Position numbers and translations under genes: made by a program. This document shows positions 36,497 to 45,110 of a stretch of 62,926 nt of DNA, one piece after another. The DNA lies in IMG/VR virus record IMGVR_UViG_3300045008_000062, positions 1-62,926 of that record, one strand, 5' to 3'. Origin of the DNA: a virus. Its lineage: Duplodnaviria > Caudoviricetes. Under the pieces are notes generated by a model. The model was given only the letters and a program-made list of their open reading frames with translations. It did not search any database and was not told the DNA's origin. How positions within the stretch are numbered: position 1 is the first letter of the stretch; each line of letters begins with the position of its first letter.

Positions 36497-39439
36497 GTGA
36501 CCGCCATTACTGGAAGCGTCAAGGACGTCACCGGGGTTGAAGACAACGACACCCCGTGGTCGTTCGCGTCGGTGATCCGGTTCGCCGAGGACGGGTCGGT
36601 GATCACCGAGAAGCCGCGGGAGGTTCGGGCGGTCAGCGGCAACCTGAAAGTGAACCTGGTCCCCGGGTATGCGATTGTCACGTACGGCAAGCATGTGTGG
36701 CAGGTCAACGTCCCTGAAACCCCAACGTCGTTGAAGGCGTTGATTGAGGCGGGGGTGGCGTACCCGCCTGATACTCCGCAGGCTCTCCTGGATGCTGCTG
36801 TGGGCCAGTATGTGGAGACTCACCGGGAGCAGTTCCGCACTCGTGCTGTTCCTGTTGTGGGTGACCCCACAATGGCCCAATGGGTAGACGAATACAACAA
36901 CCCTGTCGGTGATCCTGTCCCATGGTCTGAAGTGGTCTCAGATGAAGTCGCATACGCGGCAGCGGAAGCGCAAACCCCCGCAGCAGCGGAAGCTTTCTGG
37001 GCTCTCCAGGCTCCGCAGGTGGTTGCGGGTACTGAGCCGGATACGGTGCGGCAGAAGTTCGGCGACACGTACGGGCCGAACTTCCCGGCGGTGATGGGGC
37101 TGGTCGACGGTTTGGGTGACGCGGGGACCGTCGGCAAGGATGTGGTGAAATCCGAAACGGACGCCGATGCGAGGGCCGCGATCAAGGCCCTCCCTTCACA
37201 GCCCACACTCCGCACACCTTCAGCCCTGGCGTGTTTCACATTCGATCCTGGCTATACCGAAGACCTCACAGTGATTAAGCCGATCTTCGACGCTAAGGGC
37301 GTGAAGATGGGCATCGCGATTGTGTCTGACTTCATCGGGTCTGCGGGGCGGTTGACGTGGGCGCAGGTGAAGCAGCTCCATGATGAGGGCCACGAGATCC
37401 TGTCGATGGGCAAAACACACCCTGATTTGACCGCGCTCGACGAGGCCGCGGCGCGCGCCGAGATCAACGACCTGGCCGCCTACACTGCAGAGGGGATCAC
37501 GGTCAACGGGTATGCCTACCCGTTCGGTGACACCACGCCTTTGTTGCGCAGTATCGTGCGGGACTACTACGACTACGGCATGTCCACATCGGGCAGCACG
37601 CACCCGGAAGCGTCTGGATCTCAGGAGCCGTTGTCCACGTACGCTATTCGCCGGATCTCATTGAAGGATGATTCGGTCACTGCGGACCATTACGCGCAGA
37701 TCGACGCCGCCATCGCCAACGGTGAAATCATCGCGTTCATCTCACATTCGGCCACCGAGTTGACCGGGGCAGGGTTGACCAGGTTGGCGGATGTGATCCA
37801 GTACTGCCTGGACAACGACGTACCTGTGGTCACGCCGGGTGAGGCGGTCGCGGCGGCGAGGAACATCTTCGATGTTGGTGACTATCCCGGCGGTGTGCGG
37901 TACGGGGTGATATCCAAGTCGGGTGCGATGTATTCGGCAGGTGGCCTTCCGATACTGCCCGGTGGCAGCGGAATCTTGACGACTGTGCCTTCGGGCTATC
38001 CCGAGGGTGTGACGATTCAACGCGCTCAGGGCGCGACCGGGACGGTAACCGATTCGCCTCGCGCCGACTTGGGTGCGGGTACGGTGCGGACCACGATCAC
38101 CGGCAAGGGAATCAGTTCAGGAGCAGCGCCCTCCGGTGGAACCCTGAACTATCAGGAGTTCTTCGGCACTGATCAAAGTGTGTGGATTCGTCACGCCAAC
38201 GCGGATAACTCGGCGTGGGGCTCGTGGTTTCGCATCGACTCTGCTCATGTGCGGGCTAAAGCGTCGACCGAGTTGGCTGTCCCCCCGAGCAGCTACGCCC
38301 AAGGTGTCACCGTCAGCGCAGTCACCGGGGCAGGTATATCGGGTTCGCCGCGCGCCGATCAGGGTCCGGGTTCGGTTCGGACCGTCATTGTCGATGCCGG
38401 TTCGGGTATCACGTCTGGCACCCTGAATTATCAGGAGTTCTTCGGCACCAACGGCGGGGTGTGGCTGCGCCGCGCCAGCGCCGACAACACCAGTTGGGGT
38501 GACTGGTACAAAGTTTCGGTAGCTGAAGGGCCTAGGACGTGGGCACCGTCCGCCAACTACCACCGCGGCGAGCGGGTCATCCTGCCAACCGGAGGATTGG
38601 GCTATGTGGGTTCGTCGCGCACCAGCGGCGCGACATGGGATTCGACTGAACGGAACTTCTGGAATTTCCTTCCGGGCGGGCATATAGAAACACTGACTCC
38701 CGGCACTACGTCGTGGCGGGCACCGTTCGGCATTTCCCAGATCATCACTGCTGACCTTGAAGGGGCGGGCGCTGGCGGGAACGGTGGCGGATCAGCTACG
38801 GGCTCAGTCAATCAGGTCGGAGGGCCGGGCGGCGCGGTAGGCGAGCGCACCATCAAGCACGCTATCGCGGTCACTCCCGGCGACACCTATACGTGCGCGG
38901 TCGGTGCTGTGGGCACCGGAGGGGTCGGCGGCGCAGCAGGCGGCGACAACCCCGGCACCGTAGGAATCAAAGGCGGCGACACCACCCTCACGATTGGCTC
39001 CACCACCTACCAGGCGAAGGGCGGCAATGTCGGGGCGCAAAGCCTCGGAAACTCCACTACCACCGTGAACGCGGGCGGCGGCGGTGGCGGCCCCACGAGC
39101 ACAGTGTTCGCCACCACTGGAATTCCTGGTATCGGCGGGCACTGCACCAGTAGCGTCGGGCAAGCCACCTTCCCGCTATCCGGTCATCTGGGCGGCGGCG
39201 GCGGCGGTCCCGCTAACAGCGGCACGAACAGGGGCGGACTTGGTGGCGGCGCGAAGACCACACCGGCCACAGTCCTGGCCACCACGACAGCGGGCGGCTC
39301 CGCTGACAGCAACGGCGGGAACGGCACCACGGCGACCGAGGTCGGCTGCGGTGGCGGTGGCGGTGGCGGCGCGAACAACGGCGGTAAGGGCGGCGACGGC
39401 GGCGACGGCGGCCCCGGCCGAATCACGCTTGAGTTCTGA
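36497..39439 (+). CDS. Tail fibre/minor tail protein with polysaccharide deacetylase-like domain, tandem knob repeats and Gly-rich C-terminus
   Basis: GAGGAGG RBS; NodB-like 'FTFDPG','LTW.Q...L...GHEI','YAYPFG'; two ~80-aa repeats; Gly-rich tail. Confidence 0.8.
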   Translation: MTAITGSVKDVTGVEDNDTPWSFASVIRFAEDGSVITEKPREVRAVSGNLKVNLVPGYAIVTYGKHVWQVNVPETPTSLKALIEAGVAYPPDTPQALLDAAVGQYVETHREQFRTRAVPVVGDPTMAQWVDEYNNPVGDPVPWSEVVSDEVAYAAAEAQTPAAAEAFWALQAPQVVAGTEPDTVRQKFGDTYGPNFPAVMGLVDGLGDAGTVGKDVVKSETDADARAAIKALPSQPTLRTPSALACFTFDPGYTEDLTVIKPIFDAKGVKMGIAIVSDFIGSAGRLTWAQVKQLHDEGHEILSMGKTHPDLTALDEAAARAEINDLAAYTAEGITVNGYAYPFGDTTPLLRSIVRDYYDYGMSTSGSTHPEASGSQEPLSTYAIRRISLKDDSVTADHYAQIDAAIANGEIIAFISHSATELTGAGLTRLADVIQYCLDNDVPVVTPGEAVAAARNIFDVGDYPGGVRYGVISKSGAMYSAGGLPILPGGSGILTTVPSGYPEGVTIQRAQGATGTVTDSPRADLGAGTVRTTITGKGISSGAAPSGGTLNYQEFFGTDQSVWIRHANADNSAWGSWFRIDSAHVRAKASTELAVPPSSYAQGVTVSAVTGAGISGSPRADQGPGSVRTVIVDAGSGITSGTLNYQEFFGTNGGVWLRRASADNTSWGDWYKVSVAEGPRTWAPSANYHRGERVILPTGGLGYVGSSRTSGATWDSTERNFWNFLPGGHIETLTPGTTSWRAPFGISQIITADLEGAGAGGNGGGSATGSVNQVGGPGGAVGERTIKHAIAVTPGDTYTCAVGAVGTGGVGGAAGGDNPGTVGIKGGDTTLTIGSTTYQAKGGNVGAQSLGNSTTTVNAGGGGGGPTSTVFATTGIPGIGGHCTSSVGQATFPLSGHLGGGGGGPANSGTNRGGLGGGAKTTPATVLATTTAGGSADSNGGNGTTATEVGCGGGGGGGANNGGKGGDGGDGGPGRITLEF

Positions 39440-39680
39440 CCGACTCGTATCGCCAGTGCCAGTCGTTTTGGCATTTACACAGGTCCGATGACCAGCCGTT
39501 GTGGTCGTCTTGGCCGGCGCAGTGGCGGCGGCGCTCATCGAGTCCGATCTCATGGCCGCACGCAGGGCAGGCGTCCAGATCGTCCGGCTGCGGATGGAAT
39601 ATCCGCTGGTAGACAGCCCACAGGAGCGGTGCCCACATGATCGCGCCACCGATGGCCAGCACCCACGCCATTTCCCCCAT
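39423..39680 (-). CDS. Small membrane protein with Cys/His-rich C-terminus
   Basis: N-terminal TM, CPACGH; antisense between tail and lysis genes. Confidence 0.55.
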   Translation of the reverse strand: MGEMAWVLAIGGAIMWAPLLWAVYQRIFHPQPDDLDACPACGHEIGLDERRRHCAGQDDHNGWSSDLCKCQNDWHWRYESVRTQA

Positions 39681-39707
39681 CGGGTCATCGTAGCGAGGAG
39701 GTCCGCT

Positions 39708-39848
39708 GTGTTGAAGAGTCTTCGTGAGCGTTGGCGTTACCTGGCGTGGTTTGACGTGAAGATCGCCCGTTTGTGGCAGTCGGTGGTGTGTGTGGGTGTG
39801 GTGGCCGTGATGGCCCTAATCCTCGGACTCCTGATGTGGTCGCTGTGA
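39708..39848 (+). CDS. Small membrane protein
   Basis: GAGGAGG RBS; one TM; GTGA-coupled to lysin A. Confidence 0.55.
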   Translation: MLKSLRERWRYLAWFDVKIARLWQSVVCVGVVAVMALILGLLMWSL

Positions 39849-41092
39849 CGTACGGCCTCCCGACCGGCACCCGAATCACGTACGGCTCCCCAGGGTTCCC
39901 TTCGTGGGTGTACCAGCTGGCCGACCACTTCGGGCTCAAGGCCAGCACCTACCCCGGCCATCAAGAGTCGCATCGGAACGAGGCGGGATTCGCCGCCAAC
40001 CCGAACAAACTCAACCGCGGCATCGACTGGTCCGGCCATGTCGCCAACATGCAGCGGTTCGCCGACTACCTCATGACCGTCAAAAGTGCTCTTGAGCAGG
40101 TGATCTGGCAGAACCCCAACACTGGGCAGAAAGCCGGTGTCGCTGGGGGCAAAGACGTCACTGTCACCGGCTACTACGCCGCCGACTATGCGGGGCATCG
40201 GGATCACGTCCACACCCGCCAATCATCACCCATCCCACTCCCTGGAGGTTCCGTGGGACTCGCCGACCCCTTCACCGGAGCCGTGTGGTCACCCAACCGA
40301 CGCAAACGCAGCCTCGGCATCCCCCGCTGGATAGCCCTGCATACGCAGGAAGGTGGCCGCACCGCCCGCGGTCTCGCCGGATACCTCGCCAACCCCTCCT
40401 CCCAGGTGTCCTACCACGTTGTCGTTGACGACCACGAGATCCTGAAAGTCGTTTCCGAAGATGACTACCCGTGGGCCGCAGCGAACGCCAACCAATACGC
40501 CTTCCACCTCTGCGGCGCAGGCACCTACGCGGGCTGGTCGCGGGGGAAGTGGCTGGAAACCGACGCCTCGGACGGGAAGAACGAAGACGCCGAACTAACC
40601 AACATGGCAAAAGTCGTCGCCTGGTGGTGCCAGAAATACAACATCCCCCCCGCGTGGATCGGTGGCAGGGGTGTGCCGTGGGGATCGGACGGCATCTGCG
40701 GACATGCTGACTTCGGCGCGTGGGGCGGCGGGCATCATGACCCCGGCCCGAACTTTCCCGTCGATGAACTCATAAGACGGGTGAAAGCGTTCCTCGGCGG
40801 CACCACACCCCCACCACTACCCGCACCACCACCGGTGCAGGCACCGAACACGAACCCCGGCAAGTACGCCGGGGTTCTGTTGTATCGGGGCAGAGCCAAC
40901 AACGTCGAGCAGGTGCGGCTGGTACAGCGCCGACTCAAGGCCGCGTACCGCTCTTACGCGGGCCACTTGGCGGTGGATGGGGATTACGGCCCACAAACCG
41001 AAGCGGCGGTGCGCGAATTCCAGCGCCGCTCAGGACTGATCGCTGACGGAATCGTCGGACCGATGACCGCAGCAGCATTGAAAGCATGGTGA
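39845..41092 (+). CDS. lysA: Lysin A (N-terminal peptidase-like, Amidase_2, peptidoglycan-binding)
   Basis: 'IALHTQEG','VSYHVVVD','ICGHAD..GGHHDPGPNFP'; C-terminal 'VDGDYGPQT..AVREFQ...ADGIVGP.T'. Confidence 0.92.
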   Translation: MTYGLPTGTRITYGSPGFPSWVYQLADHFGLKASTYPGHQESHRNEAGFAANPNKLNRGIDWSGHVANMQRFADYLMTVKSALEQVIWQNPNTGQKAGVAGGKDVTVTGYYAADYAGHRDHVHTRQSSPIPLPGGSVGLADPFTGAVWSPNRRKRSLGIPRWIALHTQEGGRTARGLAGYLANPSSQVSYHVVVDDHEILKVVSEDDYPWAAANANQYAFHLCGAGTYAGWSRGKWLETDASDGKNEDAELTNMAKVVAWWCQKYNIPPAWIGGRGVPWGSDGICGHADFGAWGGGHHDPGPNFPVDELIRRVKAFLGGTTPPPLPAPPPVQAPNTNPGKYAGVLLYRGRANNVEQVRLVQRRLKAAYRSYAGHLAVDGDYGPQTEAAVREFQRRSGLIADGIVGPMTAAALKAW

Positions 41093-41098
41093 CCTGAC

Positions 41099-42100
41099 AT
41101 GGCATGGGCTCCCGCATCCAAACCCGGTGACACCGCCCCCCTCATCTCCGACGCGAAACGGAAACTAGGCGCCTACTCCTACGGGAAAGGGTTGGGCGAA
41201 TCCGACACCTACACCGTGGAGTTCGGTGTCGCCCTGGTGCAGTTCCAGATCAACCGCAACGCCCAAATCCTCAAAGGCCAGGTCCGGGACATGCCCGGCA
41301 TGAACGTCACCGGAATCTTCGACTGGGCGGTGAAGAAGAACCTCGGAATCCTGCCCGAACAAACCCGACCGAAGTTGCCGGTCATCTTCACCATCAACGG
41401 TCATCTGGGCGGATTGTTCGATGGCCCCGCCTACTTCACCGCCCGCGAATTGGAGAAGCGGGGCCGGGTGCGGGTGCAGCCCGTCGGGTATGACAACACC
41501 CGAAAACCGTTCAACAACCTCTCCGGCATTGTGGAGTTGGAACGCCTCCTCAACGATCCGGTCGTCCTCCCGCCGGGGACGCCGTGGGCGAAACTGTCGC
41601 ACTCTCAGGGCTCGATTGTGGACTGCGACCACCACGAACAGTTCGTGGCGCCGAACCTGAACCGGTGGCCCTACAGCGGATTCAAGGGTGGTGTGCGTTT
41701 CGGCAACCCCCGCCGCCCCATGGACACTGTCGCCCCGTGGATCGCAGACCCGCCCCCTAAGGGCACGGAGGGTTTAGACCCCGACTGCCTCGATGAGCCC
41801 ACCCTCGGTGTGGCGGAGTGCAGCAGGGACGGCGACCTCTACGCGAACAAGAAACGCGGCGCGGCAGGCGATTACAAGGAAGCCGTCTACATGGCGATAG
41901 CGCGGGGGAAACTCACCGGCCCGGACAGCCTCGCGAAGGAGATGGGGAACATCGCGGCGATCTTCGCCAACCCTATCGGGGTGTTCGCCCTGTTCCAGGC
42001 CATCATTTCGGGGGTTTCCGGGCTCATCACTTTACGTGAGCATGGCGAGTTCGATTTGCGCCCTTGCATTGATCACACCGCACGAATCCTCGGAATCTAG
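41099..42100 (+). CDS. lysB: Lysin B (mycolylarabinogalactan esterase, cutinase fold)
   Basis: 'QPVGYD','SHSQGS','FGNPRR','DGDLY', late His; follows lysA. Confidence 0.85.
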   Translation: MAWAPASKPGDTAPLISDAKRKLGAYSYGKGLGESDTYTVEFGVALVQFQINRNAQILKGQVRDMPGMNVTGIFDWAVKKNLGILPEQTRPKLPVIFTINGHLGGLFDGPAYFTARELEKRGRVRVQPVGYDNTRKPFNNLSGIVELERLLNDPVVLPPGTPWAKLSHSQGSIVDCDHHEQFVAPNLNRWPYSGFKGGVRFGNPRRPMDTVAPWIADPPPKGTEGLDPDCLDEPTLGVAECSRDGDLYANKKRGAAGDYKEAVYMAIARGKLTGPDSLAKEMGNIAAIFANPIGVFALFQAIISGVSGLITLREHGEFDLRPCIDHTARILGI

Positions 42101-42109
42101 GAGAACATC

Positions 42110-42307
42110 GTGAATTGGCAGCATTATTGGAAAGCGATCCTGACGTTCATCGGGGCGGTAGCGACGAACGCTTTCGCCGACCTGCTGCAGTCCGGGCAGC
42201 CGTGGCCCTCCACGGGCGGCGAGTGGGTCCGCTGGAGCGTCTCCATCATCGGCACCACCTACCTGGTGTACCGGGTCCCGAACAAGCCCATTGAGCCGGC
42301 GACGTGA
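42110..42307 (+). CDS. Holin
   Basis: 'YWKAI', two TM, 'VYRVPNKP'. Confidence 0.75.
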   Translation: MNWQHYWKAILTFIGAVATNAFADLLQSGQPWPSTGGEWVRWSVSIIGTTYLVYRVPNKPIEPAT

Positions 42308-42594
42308 TGCCGGCGTGGGGTCCTGAAACGTGGGGTGACTTCAGTGTTGTCGGGTTCGCGGTGTTCATCACCATCCTCATGTTCGTCGCCCAGGTAAGAG
42401 GGTGGATTGTGTTCGGCCCCCACCACCGCGAAGTCGTCGGGCAGAAAGACCAAACCATCCAGCAGCTATACATCCGGGCCGATAAATCCGATGAGTCCAT
42501 CGCGAAACTGTCTGAGGCGTTGTCGAAGAAGAACGGCACCGAGGATTTGGCGGCGGCGTTGTTAGCGGAGACACGGAAAGCGGTCGGCCAGTGA
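42304..42594 (+). CDS. Lysis-cassette membrane protein
   Basis: One TM, 'RGWIV', coiled coil. Confidence 0.7.
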   Translation: MMPAWGPETWGDFSVVGFAVFITILMFVAQVRGWIVFGPHHREVVGQKDQTIQQLYIRADKSDESIAKLSEALSKKNGTEDLAAALLAETRKAVGQ

Positions 42595-42803
42595 TGTGGC
42601 CGTGGAACCGGCAGCGCGCCGAAGCCGAGAAGGCCCGCCAGGAGTTCATTGAGGCGCAGCGGAAAGCGAAAGCCGCTGAGGAGCGGCGTAAGGCAGTTGA
42701 CCGGCTGATCGGGAGGTCGATGGCGACATCAGCGCGCCTGCGCCGGGAGGTTGAACGGAACGGGTTCTCGGATCTACTACAGCAGGCTTGGGGGGCACGT
42801 TGA
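42591..42803 (+). CDS. Lysis-cassette hypothetical protein
   Basis: MWPW N-terminus, 'RNGFSDLL' C-terminus. Confidence 0.7.
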   Translation: MMWPWNRQRAEAEKARQEFIEAQRKAKAAEERRKAVDRLIGRSMATSARLRREVERNGFSDLLQQAWGAR

Positions 42804-43186
42804 TGGTGTGGCTGTACGCGGCCGGGGTCGCGGGGATTGTCGGCACCATGCTCAGCGACATCTGGTTCGACATCGACTACCGGGTTGCGGCGAACGTCTC
42901 CCTGATTTATGTGGCGTCGTTGACGACGATCTTCCACTTGTTGTATGCGTTGCGGTCGAATTGGCGGGCGAACCGGGTGGGGAAGATCTTCTTCGTGAAG
43001 ACGGTGTTCCTGCCGGTGATGTTGTGGCAGATCGTGTTGTCGACGTGGTGGAACGAGGATTACCCGTTCCGGCAGCAGATCCGGTTCGCTATCTACAGTT
43101 TGATGGTGGTGGCGTATTTGGCGATGGTGATCACGTTGTGGAGTGAGCAGCGGGCGGACCGTCGAGACCCGGACCGGGAGCTGTGA
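42803..43186 (+). CDS. Membrane protein (4 TM, holin-like)
   Basis: Four hydrophobic segments; 'RSNWRANRVG'. Confidence 0.7.
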   Translation: MVWLYAAGVAGIVGTMLSDIWFDIDYRVAANVSLIYVASLTTIFHLLYALRSNWRANRVGKIFFVKTVFLPVMLWQIVLSTWWNEDYPFRQQIRFAIYSLMVVAYLAMVITLWSEQRADRRDPDREL

Positions 43187-43341
43187 GCGCGATCAAGGGT
43201 GACCCGAGTATTGAGCGGGGTTTCGCGCTGCTGGTGATTTTCATAGCGGTGTCTGCGGCGATCATCGCTGTTGTCCTGCTCTACAAGTAGAATGGATGTT
43301 TAGGAGCTGAACCGGACCCACTGTCCGTGTAGGCGCCTTCA

Positions 43342-43384
43342 GCCGCCCCGCATGAGCTTCGGGCTCAGAGCGGGGCGGCCTTTT
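43342..43384 (+). terminator. Intrinsic terminator after the lysis cassette
   Basis: GCCGCCCCGC/GCGGGGCGGC stem with inner TGAGC/GCTCA stem, followed by TTTT. Confidence 0.75.
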
Positions 43385-43459
43385 CTGTTCGGAAAGTTCA
43401 CCCTTTTCGGCAGAGCGTGCCATATGCGGGAACGGTGTCCCGTGCGCGACAATATTGGG

Positions 43460-43735
43460 GTGCGGATCACGGTCAGGACTGGGGATGTGGCGATCCTGTT
43501 CGGTGCCGCCGCGATAGCCGTGTACGAGGCCCGGGTCTCTGATGATGAGGATTTGATCTCGCGTCGGATCGCGGCGTATCGCAGGCATCCCGTGGGGAGG
43601 ATCATCGCGGACACGGTGATCATCGCTACCGCGATCCACCTCTGCGAATATGCAAGCCCTGAGTGGGATGCCTATCACTGGCTGATGCGCTGGTTTAGGC
43701 CCTCAGCGTCGTCTCCAGATGAGCCAACCAGCTAG
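43460..43735 (+). CDS. Membrane protein
   Basis: Two hydrophobic segments; start uncertain. Confidence 0.55.
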   Translation: MRITVRTGDVAILFGAAAIAVYEARVSDDEDLISRRIAAYRRHPVGRIIADTVIIATAIHLCEYASPEWDAYHWLMRWFRPSASSPDEPTS

Positions 43736-43795
43736 TACGGCCAGCACTACAGCCCCCAAAGGCACAACAAGTTCACGGTCTCGTTTCTCACCCAT
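43703..43795 (-). CDS. 30-aa single-pass membrane peptide (not in ORF track)
   Basis: MGEKRDRELVVPLGAVVLAVLAGWLIWRRR. Confidence 0.55.
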   Translation of the reverse strand: MGEKRDRELVVPLGAVVLAVLAGWLIWRRR

Positions 43796-43877
43796 GAGAG
43801 GTGTCTACCCCGTTGACGCGGATGCTGATTGCGTAATGCACTACTCGGTTTCTGAACCGAGACCTACCTGAAATACC

Positions 43878-43906
43878 TGCGCCCCCTCTACGGAGGGGGC
43901 GCATTT
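43878..43906 (+). terminator. Intrinsic terminator hairpin
   Basis: TGCGCCCCCTC-TACG-GAGGGGGCGCA-TTT, perfect 11-bp stem. Confidence 0.75.
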
Positions 43907-44000
43907 GTCGTTGGCGGATGTTAGGATTCGACACATGTTCGCTCACCGATCGAGTTCCTCCCTGCGACTCTCGTCGTAGCGGAGGGCGCTTGCCCTCACA

Positions 44001-44083
44001 GGAGGGTGAGCATCAGGTGATGCAGTCCGGTTGCTAACCGGATACGGATTCTCCCCCGTCTGGTTCAAGTCCAGCACCCTCCG
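44001..44083 (+). tRNA. tRNA-Ser(GCT)
   Basis: Acceptor GGAGGGT/ACCCTCC, anticodon arm TCCGG-TTGCTAA-CCGGA, long variable arm, TTCAAGT T-loop, G73; no encoded CCA. Confidence 0.85.
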
Positions 44084-44093
44084 CGCAACACAT

Positions 44094-44178
44094 GGAAGGT
44101 GCCGCCGGATGGTCGGCAAGCGGTCTTGAAAACCGTGGTACGCATTGTGTCGTAGGGGTTCGACTCCTCCACCTTCCG
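44094..44178 (+). tRNA. tRNA-Ser(TGA)
   Basis: Acceptor GGAAGGT/ACCTTCC, anticodon arm GCGGT-CTTGAAA-ACCGT, long variable arm, TTCGACT T-loop, G73. Confidence 0.85.
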
Positions 44179-44179
44179 C

Positions 44180-44253
44180 GCTCCTGTAGCCCAATTGGTA
44201 GAGGCACCAGATTTAGGTTCTGGTCAGTGCGAGTTCGAATCCCGCCAGGAGCA
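44180..44253 (+). tRNA. tRNA-Leu(TAG), short variable arm
   Basis: Acceptor GCTCCTG/CAGGAGC, anticodon arm CCAGA-TTTAGGT-TCTGG, TTCGAAT T-loop, A73. Confidence 0.9.
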
Positions 44254-44255
44254 CG

Positions 44256-44412
44256 TCGGGTCGACCTTGCGGTGACGACCAGGGCTAGCGCCGTAGGCGA
44301 GGATCGGCGGCGGACACATCCAAATGGCCCTGGCGACCCGGTTCGTCGTGTTTGGGGGATAGGATTGAGCGGGGCCGTAAGCGCTGACACGCTCCACGGC
44401 CCCTGACCCCAA
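44256..44412 (+). ncRNA. Candidate structured RNA(s) downstream of the tRNA cluster
   Basis: Nested stems TCGGGTCG/CGACCCGG and CCAGGGCTA/TGGCCCTGG; second hairpin GGGGCCGT/ACGGCCCC. Confidence 0.45.
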
Positions 44413-44446
44413 CCAGAATGCTGAGGAATCCCAGAAGGGGCTAACC

Positions 44447-44671
44447 ATGAAGACTAAAGGACGTTGGTCCTGCGAGCGATGCTCACACGACTATGACGAA
44501 CATGGACGGAACGGCGCGGCCTGTCAGCACGTCCACTTTTCCGAGAGCCGCATCGTTCATGGCAACCCTGATGATGGCGTCACCGTGAATCGGGATTGGA
44601 CGGCTTGTGAGTGCCTGTATTTCGTTGGCGCAGTCGTTCCGGGGTCGGTGCGGGAGATGGAGCAGCGATGA
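44447..44671 (+). CDS. Array gene 1, Cys/His-rich hypothetical protein
   Basis: AAGGGG RBS; ends SVREMEQR. Confidence 0.7.
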   Translation: MKTKGRWSCERCSHDYDEHGRNGAACQHVHFSESRIVHGNPDDGVTVNRDWTACECLYFVGAVVPGSVREMEQR

Positions 44672-44970
44672 GCGAGCTGACAGCGAAGTGCGAAGCTCCC
44701 TGGTGGCTGCCTAGTCGTTCGTCGAAGCCTGAGCATCACGTCATGGTGTGGTGCGGCGGAGCGCACGCCCACGTAGACCTGAGCCCGATGTTCTGGACGA
44801 ATAGTCCTCGTCGGGACTTCCCGCACATTGTGCTCGGCTATGAGGATGAGGAGCCGTTGCAGCCAGAGATTCACGGCGCTAGTGAGCTTGCTGATTGGGC
44901 GAAACTGCTGGTGTGGCTGAATGCGCAGCCGTGGCCGGATTGGTCGGTGCGGGAGATGGAGCAGCAGTGA
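44668..44970 (+). CDS. Array gene 2, hypothetical protein
   Basis: ATGA overlap; ends SVREMEQQ. Confidence 0.7.
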   Translation: MSELTAKCEAPWWLPSRSSKPEHHVMVWCGGAHAHVDLSPMFWTNSPRRDFPHIVLGYEDEEPLQPEIHGASELADWAKLLVWLNAQPWPDWSVREMEQQ

Positions 44971-45110
44971 GCGGGCCGAGGCCGGTCATTCTTTACGCCC
45001 CGAGCACTCGGGCACCCCAAACTTGGGTCAAAATTCTTCGAGAACCGCACTCTGTCGACATCACCCCGGATGAAGTGAAGTTCATCTTCACGGGCGAGAT
45101 GGAGCAGTGA
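44967..45110 (+). CDS. Array gene 3, hypothetical protein
   Basis: GTGA overlap; ends GEMEQ. Confidence 0.65.
   Translation: MSGPRPVILYAPSTRAPQTWVKILREPHSVDITPDEVKFIFTGEMEQ

Noticed and set aside
37988-38516. Diversity-generating retroelement TR/VR pair
   Set aside because: The repeats are in-frame protein domain duplications, differences are not adenine-specific, and no reverse transcriptase is visible.
43927-43942. Mycobacterial LexA SOS box
   Set aside because: Only the right half (GTTCG) fits TCGAAC-N4-GTTCGA; the left half lacks GAAC. It matches the phage switch operator better.
43943-44000. HDV-like or hammerhead ribozyme upstream of the tRNAs
   Set aside because: Hairpins are present (CCTCC-CTGCGAC/GTCGTAG-GGAGG) but I could not build the nested pseudoknot or find CUGAnGA/GAAA cores by eye.
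44355-44367. Cluster K-type start-associated sequence (GGGATAGGAGCCC)
   Set aside because: Only GGGATAGGA matches, it is a single copy and it is not next to a start codon.
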